DNA from: Pristiophorus japonicus
Lineage: Eukaryota
NCBI RefSeq assembly: GCF_044704955.1
Contig: NC_091999.1
Location: forward strand, 16,864,001-16,928,000
DNA: 64,000 nt
Reading direction: 5' to 3'
A program made the position numbers and the translations under genes. The notes below the pieces were generated by a model, which had not been told where the DNA came from, searched no databases, and was given only the letters and a program-made list of their open reading frames with translations. Shown piece after piece: positions 53,298 through 64,000 of the stretch (its first letter is position 1; every line of letters starts with the position of its first letter).

Positions 53298-55150
53298 TTT
53301 ACATTACATTAGGCACTGTCTCTCTTATATTACACGAGACGCTGTATCTGTTTATATTACCCTAGACCCTGTCTCTTTTAAATTACACTAGACCCTGTAT
53401 CTGTTTATATTACACTAGACCCTGTCTCTGTTTGTATTACACAAGACCCTGCCTCTGTTTACATTACACGAGACTATGTCTCTTTTTATATTTCACTAGA
53501 TCCTGTCTCTGTTTGTATTACACTAGAACCTGTCTCTCTTTCTGTTATACTAGACCCTGTCTCTCTTTATATTACACTAGACCCTTTCTCTGTTTATATT
53601 ACAGTCGACCCTATCTCTTTATATAACACTAGACCCTGTCTGTGTTTATATTACACTAGACCCGCTCTCTCTTTCTATTATACTAGACCCTGTCTCTCTT
53701 TATATTACACTAGACCCTGTCTCTGTTTATATTACACTAGACTTTGTCTCTGTTTATATTACACGACACCCTGTCTCTGTTTATATCACACGGCACCCTG
53801 TCTCTGTTTATATCACACTAGACCCTGTCTCTGTTTATGTTACACTAGACCCTGTCTCTGTTTATGTTACACTAGACCCTGTATCTCTTTATGTTACACT
53901 AGACCCTGTCTCTCTTTATATTACACTAGACCCTGTCTCTGTTTATATTACACTAGACCATGTCTCTGTTTATATTACACTAGACCTTGTCTCTGTGTAT
54001 ATTACACTCGGCCCTTTCTCTGTTTATATTACAGTCGACCCTGTATCTTTATAGTACACTACACCTTGTCTCTGTTGATATTACCCTGGACCCCGTCTCT
54101 CTTTCTATTATACTAGACCCTGTCTCTCTTTATATTACACTAGACCCTGTCTCTGTTTATATTACACGAGACCCTGTCTCTGTTTATATTCCACAAGACC
54201 CTGTCTCTGTTTATATTACACTAGCCCCTGTCTCTGTTAATACTACACTCGATCATTTCTCCGTTTATATTACACTAGACATTGTCTCTGTTAATATTAC
54301 ACTAGACCATGTCTCTGTATATATTACACTAGACCCTGTCTCCGTTTGTATTACACTAGACCTTGTCTATGTTTATTTTACACTAGGCCCGGTCTCTCTT
54401 TACATTAAACTAGACCCTGTCTCTGTTTATATTACACCAGACCATGTCTCTGTTTATATTACACGAGACTATGTCTCTGTTTATATTACACTAGACTCTG
54501 GCTCTGTGTATATTACACTAGGTAACCTGTCTCTGTTTATATTACACTAGACCCTGTCTCTGTTTATATTACACGAGACCCTGTCTCTGTTTATATTCCA
54601 CAAGACACTGTCTCTGTTGATATTACACTAGACCCTGTCTCTGTTTATATTACACTAGACCCATGTCTCTGTTTATATTACACTAGACCTTGTCTATATT
54701 TATATTACACTAGACCATGTCTCTGTTTATATTACACAAGACCCTGTCTCTCTTTGTATTACACTAGACCATGTCTGTGTTTATATTACACTAGACCCTG
54801 TCTCTGTTTAGATTACACTAGACCCGGTCTATGTTTGTATTACACTAGACCCTGTCTCTGTTTATATTACACTAGAACATGTCTCTGTTTATATTACACT
54901 AGACTGGGTTTCTGTTTGTGTTACACTAGACCATGTCTCTGTTTATATTACACTAGCTCCGGTCTCTGTTTGTATTATACTGGACCTTGTTTCTGTTTAT
55001 ATTACACTAGACCCGGTCTCTGTTTATATTACACTAGACCCTGTCTCTGTTTATATTACACTAGACCATGTCTCTGTTTATATTACACTAGACCTTGTCC
55101 CTCATCCTGGAACACTGGGCCCTGTCTGCCTTTATGTTAGACTGGGCCAT
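53298..55150 (+). repeat. Large 27-bp minisatellite array (~1.85 kb)
   Basis: Direct periodicity. Confidence 0.95.
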
Positions 55151-55169
55151 GTATCCATTGACTTCACAA

Positions 55170-58100
55170 GACAATGCCTGTTTGTGTCAACCGAGGCTCA
55201 GGGTGTCTCACTTTCTCCTCGGTCTGAGATAGTTTTGGATGAACTCCCTCTCCAGGGACTATATCTCTATTTATTGTACAACAGACACTGTTGTCAGTTA
55301 TTTCTGCCATGCGTCTGTTAGGGAGACAGAAGATATATAGACGGTGGATAGATATTAATATAAATAAAGATTTTTATGCGTGTGGGTAGGAAGATGCAAT
55401 ACTTCTTTTTGGTTGGAACATACGTTTAATTTCGTTACTAGCTATCAAATGTTGTGGGCAATGTCGAATTGATCTGGTATTGTGTCTGTAATACTTGTGT
55501 TGAGAAGATGGGGTGAATCTTGTAACAATCTCCCAGAGATGCACTGGGAGTGAGGGACAGGACTGAAGGTGAGCAATTCACTGCATTTTGCACTACTTAA
55601 TGGCACCCTGTGTTTTAATTTTCAATAATTCACACTTGTGTTGTCCTGTGTCAATTGCTCCCAGTTCTTTAATGTTAAGGATTGTTTTTCCTGCAGTATT
55701 TTCTGTTGAGCATTCACTTGACCCACTGATTGCGTCAGACAGAGCCTGGAATCGTGATCTCAAAGCACCGCCGGATGGGCGGCCACAGGGTCCCAATATC
55801 CACTGGAGTTCATTCCCTTACGACGATCAACTGAAAAGAGAACANNNNNNNNNNNNNNNNNNNNNNNNNNNNNNNNNNNNNNNNNNNNNNNNNNNNNNNN
55901 NNNNNNNNNNNNNNNNNNNNNNNNNNNNNNNNNNNNNNNNNNNNNNNNNNNNNNNNNNNNNNNNNNNNNNNNNNNNNNNNNNNNNNNNNNNNNNNNNNNN
56001 NNNNNNNNNNNNNNNNNNNNNNNNNNNNNNNNNNNNNNNNNNNNNNNNNGTATGTGAGTGTGTGTGTACAAATTATAATGTGTGCAAGTACATTCAACAA
56101 AGATAAATGATTAGCTTCAACCATCATTTTTCAGCATTTTATTTTATTCAACAGCTAATTGCAGATCGTTTAATAATTTTAACATTTATTGATAACACAT
56201 TGTCTTGCACGCTCTACTTTAAAAAGTGATGTCACGCTGACGATTCCATTACCAAGGTGACCATGTCTGTCCGCAGTATTCAGTGGGAAAGGGGATTAAA
56301 TTACACCGAGGATAATGAGCAGCCAGCCACTTTATTTTCCAGCATTCACCTCACCATCACACCGAGTCTCCTGATATACACCTCAAGTGTATGATGATTG
56401 GTGCAAGTGATGGTAAACATGAAACTGCACTTGTACCTGGCATGTAGTTAATAAATATGTAATTACCTGACTTATTGTTTCTCTCATTACTGCACTAGAC
56501 CCAGGCTCAGTTTAAATCGTTGATGTGGTGGACTTACAAAAGGTGTTTGATAAAGTGGTTTGATAATATCCGTGCCAGCAAAGTTGAAACCCATAGAATA
56601 AAAGGGACAGTGGCAGCCTGGATGTGAAATTGACTGAATGACAGGAATCAGAGAGTAGTGTTTTTTTTGTACTGGAGGAAGGTATACAGTGGTGTTCTGC
56701 AGCAGTTGGTGCCAGGAACACTGCTTTTCTTGATTTATATTCATAACTTACATTGGGTTTAAGGGCACAATTTCAATATATACAGACGACTCAAAATTTG
56801 GAAGTATAGTGAACAGTGAGGAGGGTTGGTATAGACTTCAAAAGCATATAGGCTTGCTGGTAGAATAGACGGACACATGGAAAATGAAACACAGAAAACT
56901 TTGAAGTGATACATTTTGGTAGGAAGAACGAGGAGAGTCAAAGTGAACCAAAGGGTACAATTCTAAAGGGTATGATGAACACAGAGAATTCAGGCTATCT
57001 GTACATACATCATTGAATGAGGCAGGGCAGATTGAGAAAGTGGTTTAAAAAGCATAATGGATCATGGGCTTCATAAATAGTGCATAGAATAAAAGCAAGG
57101 AACTTATGATGAACTTGTATAAAACACTGATTAGGCCTCAACTGGAGTATTGTGTCTAATTCTGGGCACCGCACTTTAGGAAGGATCTGAAGGCCTTAGA
57201 GAGGTGCAGAAAAGATTTACGTGTGTTTCCAGGGATAAGGGACTTCGGTTATGTGGTCTAGTCTGGAGAAGCTGGGGTTGTTCTCCTTAGAGCAAAGAAG
57301 TTTGAGATGAGATTTGATCGAGGCGTTCAGAAACATAAGTGGTCTAAACAGAGTAGCTGGAGAGAAACTTTTCCCATTGGCAGAAGGGTCGAGAACAGAG
57401 GACAAGGATTAAAAGTGATTGACACAACCAAAGCTACATGAGAAAAACTTTTTTATGCAGCGAGTGGTTATGATCTGAAATGCATTGCCTGAAAGGGACG
57501 TGGGCGAAGATTCAATCATTGCATTCTAAAGGGAATTGGATAAGTACTTGAAGGAAAAAATTCACAGGGCTACGGGGAAGGGCGGAGGACTGGACTAGTT
57601 GAAATACTCTTGCAGAGAGCGGCACGGGCTATATGGGCCGAATGGCCCTCTTCTGTGCTGTAACCATTCTATGATTCTATAATACACCAGAACCTGTCTC
57701 AGTTATAACTACACAAGACACTATTCCAGTTTATATAACCCCACACACCACGTTAAATATTCACTCCCTCCACCACTGGCGTACTATGTCTGCAGTGATT
57801 ACTATCTACAAGATGCATTGCAGTAACTCGCCAAGACATCTTCAACAGAACTTTCCAAATCTACGACCTTTTCCAACTAGAAGGACAAGGGCAGCAGGCT
57901 CATGCAAACACCATCATCTCCACGTACCCCTCCAAATTACACACCAATCTGGCGTTGAAATTTATTGTCTTTCCTTCATAAACACTGGGCCAAATTCTTC
58001 AACTCTCTCCCTAACACTTTGTGAGTACCTTCCCCACACAGTCTGCAGCGGTTCAAGGTGGCAGCTCACCAATTGCTTCTCAAGGCCAATTAGGAAAAGA

Positions 58101-61100
58101 CAATCAATGTTGGCCTTGCCAGCCACACGCACACCCACATGTCAGGAACCAATAAAACAATGTCCCTGTATCAATCGTTACAGTACTAGCCACTACCTCT
58201 GTTCGTACTGCACTTGAACTACTAATATTGTACTAGGCCCTGTCTCAGATATTAATGGAATATGCCATGCTTTTGTTCCTATTACAAAAGACCCTGTCTC
58301 TGTTTATATTAAGCTAGACAATGGCATTGCTTATATTACAGTAGCCCCATCCTCTCACATTACTGTCTTATACCATGTCTCTTTTTTATATTAGACTAGA
58401 CCCTGTCACCGTTATTACTGCACTAGACCATGTCTCTCTTTATATTACACTACACGCGATGTCAGTTCTTACTTCTCTAGATCCTATAACTCCCAGGGCA
58501 GGTACAGCATGTGTCAGATACAGAGTGGAGCTCCCACTATACTCTCCCATCACACATTCACAGAACAGTAACAGCACGATTTAGATACAGAGTGATGCTC
58601 CCTCTATACTGTCCCATCACACACTGCCAGGACAGGTACAGCACGGTTTAGGTACAGAACAATGCGCCCTCCATAACATCCCATCAAACAATTCCCAGGA
58701 CAGGTAAAGCACGTGTTGGATACAGAGTAAAGATCCCTTCAAACTTTCCCATCAAAAACTCCCATGCCATTTAATGCACAGGTCACATTTTTGAATAAAG
58801 CTCCCTCTGTGCACTCCAATCAATTTGGTCCGAGGCATATCCTTATGGCTGAGGGAAATATTTTGTTAGATGTTGACATCTAGTTGTGGGGGAATGTCAA
58901 TGATCCATTCTTGAGATATAGGAGGAAAATGGAAAATTGAGAGGCAGAGGATACACAAATCTCCACTATCACCTTTGTGATGTTGCTGTACATGCTGACG
59001 AGAAGCAATCTTTCGCCTTTCTGTCCGTGGGTATCATCTTTATTTTATTCTCCTATAATGTAGAGGAATGTACGAAAAACAATTGTTCCTGGAATTTGTT
59101 GAGAGATTTGCATTTCTCTCTGTCTTTATTTCTATGCTTTGCTGGTGGGGAAACGGTTATTGTGTCTCTGTCGCTCAATGATCTAATCTGGGACTTCTAT
59201 TTCTGTGTTTATTTACATAAACGCCTCACTGCTGGCCATGAAGTGTTCATGGCAGGAAAATCAGATTAACAGAATCACTTATTGATCAGCCTCAACTCAC
59301 AACAATGGCTTATTTTAAGAATATTGACAGTGGGTATACAGAAGTAGAAATATGTCGAACAGCGACGTTAGCTGCAGTTTTGTTCAATTGCAACAGATGT
59401 GATTTATATCAAAGGGAATAAATATTAAAATGAATAATTCAGTTCTGAAAATTCTGCTGCTGAAATCAGTGGAACATCTCTGAACAGACTGTTATTCCAC
59501 TGGATCTCCATTTAATGGAATATTTAACTAACTGAAACTAAGCAATTTAAACCAGTGACCAGAGGAGTACCGGCAATCACAGCATTATCTGAGCATTTCA
59601 CATATCGCAACTTGTATTTTGAAATGTTGACATTTAGAAACACTTTGCATTTATATAGCGCATTTCATGATCTCATGATGTCCCAAAATGATTTACAGAC
59701 AATGAATTACTTTAGAAGTGTGGTCACTGTTGTAATGTAGGCAACGTGGCAGCCAATTGGTGCACATCAAGATCACGCAAAGAGCAATGAAATAATAATC
59801 AGGTCATCTATTTTTCAGAAGTTCGTTAAGGGATAAATATTTGCGCTGTAAACCCTGGAGAACTCCTCTGCACTTCAATATAGTGCCATGAGTCCTTTAA
59901 ATCCACCTGAGCGGAAAGATGGGGCTCAATTTAATGTCTGCCCCGAAAGACGGCACCTCTGACCGTGCAGCATTCCCTCAGTACTGGCACCGGGCGTGTC
60001 GGTATAGATTATGTGCTCAGGTCTCTGGAGTGGGGTTTAGTATCTGTGACCTTCTGAATCAGAGGCGAGAGTGATCCCACTGAGCCAAGGCTTGAACATG
60101 TCACAGCTTGTATTTTAAAATGTTGCCATTCAGCTCATCGTGTCTGAAGTTCAAGGACTGAGTTCAGTCTGACTCCGATTGGTTTATTATCAGGAGCGAG
60201 TTCGCTTATCTTGCTTGGGATGTCATTCCCTCACTGGTATTTCCACTGGGTCCATGTAAAAGTGTCAGCGATTCCGCAAGGAACATCTGGAAGTGCCCGA
60301 AGCACAAGGACTCACGGAACCTGAATGTTACACTGTGTCAGATGCACTATCAGTGCAGCTGGAAGCTGGGACTGTTCTGCTTAGAGCCGAGCAGGTTATG
60401 GGCCACTTAATAGAGGTGTTCAAAATCAGTCAGAATTTTGTTCGGGTAAATTGACATATACTCCATCACTCCGTTCCTCCATCCCCATCACGCTCCACCC
60501 ATCTCCACTTCACTCCCTCCCTTCATCGCTCCCTCCCACCATCTCTTACACCCTCCACCCGTCTCTCCTTCCCTCCCTCCGTCCATCCCTCCCGCCCTCC
60601 ATACCTCCATATGTCGCTCCGTCAATCTCTCCCTCCCTGCACACTTCCCTCCCTGTCTCCGTCCATTCCTCACCACTCCATCACTCCACCGCTCCCTTGC
60701 TCCACTCCTCCCTCCCGCCATCCCTCCCTCAGGCCAACCGATTATTATTATTTCCCTTTGCAGTTTATCTGCTCCCATCGATGAGGATTCATCAGATGGA
60801 ATTTTCTGCACCCAATTCCTTCAGCGAGCTTTAATATATATTATCAAATAAGAGAGAGAGCGATGGCTAATATATATATATATTTAATCCCCCTGCCTAA
60901 AAACACTGACACGTAATAAAATGGCGACCTTTCTGGAGAGGGAGTTGGCTGGGGAACTGGCACTGGGTAGAAATTCTAGTTGGGGCAGTCAGGATATTTT
61001 CCGTTATTTAAATAAAAAAGATAAAGGTAAGAATTAAAGAAATTATTTTAAGACATCGTCGACTTCAGAAGCTCATTTTTCCTCCCCCTTCTCGCTGTTG

Positions 61101-61475
61101 AGGACGGGCCATTGCCCGCCTGGAGCTCGCTGCCATTCTGTGTACGGGATGGTAGGATTCAAACTCTCTCTACGCGGACAGATTTAGAGAAGCTGGGGTT
61201 GTTTTCCTTACAACACAGAAGGTTTCAGGGGAGATTTTCCAGATTGATACCAGGGATAAATGACTAGAAATACTAGTTCAGCCCTAGCTGGAGTACTGTG
61301 TCCAATTCTGCGCAGCACACTTTAGGAAGGACGTGAAGACTTTCGAGAGGATGCAGAAGAGATTTAATGGAAATGCATCCAGTATGGGCGATTAAAATTA
61401 TTTGGAGAGACTGGAGAATTCTCGGGCTGCTCTCCTTAGAGCAGAGAAGGTGAAGAGGAGATTTAGTAGATTATA
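55170..61475 (+). repeat. Segmental-duplication unit, copy 4
   Basis: Collinear blocks as in copies 1-3. Confidence 0.88.
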
Positions 61476-62835
61476 AGAACACAAGAACATAAGAAAGAGG
61501 AGCAGGAGTGGGCCATACGGCCCCTCGAGTCTGCTGCAACATTCAATACGATCATGGCTGATCTGATCATGGACTCAGGTCCACTTACCCGCCCGTTCCC
61601 GCTAAACCCATATCCCCTTATCGTTTAAGGAACTGTCTATTTCTGTCAACGTCCAAGCTTCCACAGCTCTCTGAGGCAGCGAATTCCACAGATTTACAAC
61701 CCTCTGAGAGAAGAAATTTCTCCTCATCACTGCTTTTAATGGGCGGCCCCTGCTCTAAGTTTGTACCCTCTAGTTCTAGTCTCCCGCATCAGTCGAAACA
61801 TCCTCTCTGCATCCACTTTTTCAAGCCCCTTCATAAACATATACCTTTTGACAAGATCACCTCTCATTCTTCTGAATTCCAATGAGTAGAGGGCCAACCG
61901 ACTCAACTTTTCCTCAAAAGTCAACCCCCTCATTCGCGGAATCATCTGAGTGAACATTCTCTGAATTGCCTCCAAAGCAAGTTTATCCTTTCGTAAATAT
62001 GGAAACCAAAACTGCACGAAGTATTCCAGGTGTGATCACAACAATACCTTATATAGCTGTAGCAAGACTTCCCTGCTTTTATACTCCATCTCTTTGCAAT
62101 AAAGGCCAAGTTACCATTGGCCTTCCTGATCACTTGCTGTACCTGCATACTATCCTTTTGTGTTTCATGCATAAGTACCCCCACGTCCCACTACGTGGTG
62201 GCATGTTGCAATATTTCTCCATTTAAATAATAAATTGCTGTTTGATTTTTTTTCTGCAAAGTGCATGACTTCACACATTCCAACATTGTGCTCCATCTGC
62301 CAAGTTTTTCCCCACTCACATAACCTGTCTATGTCCTTTTGCAGATCGTGTGTGTCCTCCTCACACATTGCTTTTCCTCTCATCTTTGGATTGTCAGCAA
62401 ACTTTGCCACGTTACACTCAGTCCCATCTTCCAAGTCGTTAATGTAGATAGTAAATAGTTGGGGTCCCGGCACTGATCCCTGCACACCCCATAATTTCCG
62501 GTTGCCAACCAGAGAATGACCCATTTATACCGAATCTCTGTTCTCTGTTAATTAACCAATCCTCTATCCATGCTAATATATTACCCGCAACCCCGTGAAC
62601 TTTTATCTTGTGCAGTAACCTTTTACGTGGCACCTTGTTAAATGCCTTCTGGAAGACAAAATACACCACACCCACTGGTTCCCTTTTATCAACCCTGTTC
62701 ACTACATACTCAAATAAATCCAGCAAATTATTCAAACATTACTTCACCTTCATAAATCCATGCTGCCTCTGCCAGACCGAATTTTGCTTTTCCAAATGTC
62801 CTGCTACTGCTTCGTTAATAATGGACTCCAACATT
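61476..62835 (-). mobile_element. CR1 LINE, RT to 3' tail
   Basis: ORFs 61736..62735 (FQKAF-x-KV, QGSV-x-GPQLF, KFAD); AAGAACAT tail. Confidence 0.92.
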
Positions 62836-62976
62836 TTTACAAGCAAGATTAGTTCTAGGCATTAGGGGCTTCAATTAATGTGCAGAAACTGGAGAAGATG
62901 GCATTATTCTACTTAGGAGGAGAGAAGTTAAAGTGGAGATTTGATAGACGTGTTTAAACTCATCAAGGGTTTAGAT

Positions 62977-63060
62977 CAGTGGTTCTCAACCAGTGTTCCG
63001 CGGCACATTGGTGTGCCGTGAACCCTTCACAGGTGTGCCACCAAATTGTGTAAAAGTATG
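62977..63060. mobile_element. hAT (Charlie/Buster-like) DNA transposon terminus; other end not seen
   Basis: CAGTGGTTCTCAACC terminus; subterminal CGGCAC..GTGCCG palindrome; preceding 8-mer GTTTAGAT fits an NNNTANNN target site; interrupts a CR1 fragment. Confidence 0.7.
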
Positions 63061-64000
63061 GTGGACTTTAGCTAATTTTACAATGAAACACAAACCACTT
63101 AACTCTGAAACAGAAGGTTAGGGGGAGAGAGAGAGATAGGCAGACACTTATGCACATATGTCATCTACCTATATGTATGACGCCACTGCTGTAATAAACA
63201 TTGCCAATATTGACAAATAACTATCTATTTATCTATACTATTGTCAAGACACTATGTTCTAGAGTTGTACAAGTAATAATGACAAGAGACAACACACACA
63301 AACAACTTATATGACCATACTCAGAACAAAATCCTTTGGAAAATGTGTTTCCCTTTAGTACTGAACACCGCCATCCACCACCCTCCCTCTCTCATTCCCT
63401 TACTCCCTCCCATTGATAATAGAGAAGTGTGAGTGCCTCCCATCGAATGAGACTGTGTGTGTGTGTGTGTGTATGTATAAGCATGTATATTTATGTTTGT
63501 GTGTGTAAGTGGGTCTGTACCAAGGGCGTAGCCAGGGGGCAGTTGGGTCATGGCCACACCCAATCCAAAATAATAGTATTAAATTGTTCATGTGAAAAGC
63601 TTACAATGTCATTATTATATAGGATGAAAGAAATGACAGACGAGTCTAACACATATGCAGTAAAAGGTGTAGTTTTTATAATAAAATGTTAAAAACTATT
63701 TAATTACATTTAACCACATTCTACTTTCTATTTTGTTATTGTTGTTTATTGATCTGCAGCTTGATGTGTGGCCGGGACTGGCGACATCTTTGATGCTTTG
63801 ACCTGATACAGCGCCAATAAATGGCTCCTTTGATGTAGGCGACATCCAATTTGAACAGGCCTCGCAACCCTAGCGGTTACTTTGATTTCTGAGAGTTGGC
63901 TTTTAGCATATTTTGATCATAGTCAAATTCAAAATTTCCTGTTCAACTCAAGGTTCGTTTCTGTCTGGACTCTCTGGAGTTTGGAAATTGGAAGTCTCAG

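Larger units (their letters stand above)
46241..55165 (+). repeat. Segmental-duplication unit, copy 3
   Basis: Collinear blocks; lacks the segment matching ~40815-42535 of copy 2. Confidence 0.88.

Noticed and set aside
53432-55140. Cys/Tyr-rich or ITLDPVSVY repeat proteins (also near 8760, 13608 and 31678), or a CRISPR-like array
   Set aside because: These are translations of a 27-bp minisatellite; there are no unique spacers or cas genes, and the context is eukaryotic.

Overview
Repeat-rich vertebrate genomic DNA, inferred to be from a cartilaginous fish (shark-type VH leader and framework, cluster-type Ig organisation, shark-like CR1 LINEs and DeuSINEs). The only clear host gene is the 5' part of an IgM-type heavy-chain cluster on the minus strand (2.7-3.85 kb). 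It has a CRE/decamer-type promoter, a leader exon, an open VH exon already fused to a D segment and followed by a 22-bp-spacer RSS, and then a 12-bp-spacer RSS in front of a D-J fusion. This is a germline half-joined VD-DJ gene that needs one more RAG join, and a precise join is in frame. No constant exons were recognised; they should lie beyond position 1. Upstream of the gene lie: an old tandem segmental duplication of a ~9-11 kb unit (4 long copies plus 1 partial) carrying conserved octamer and CRE-decamer motifs and an invariant CpG-rich core; a heavily deleted gamma/epsilon-like endogenous retrovirus (26.7-31.7 kb); many CR1-group LINE fragments; DeuSINEs; 27-bp and 67-bp minisatellites; and a hAT transposon end. 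Nearly all ORFs in the supplied track are repeat-derived. Repeat boundaries were read by eye and are approximate.
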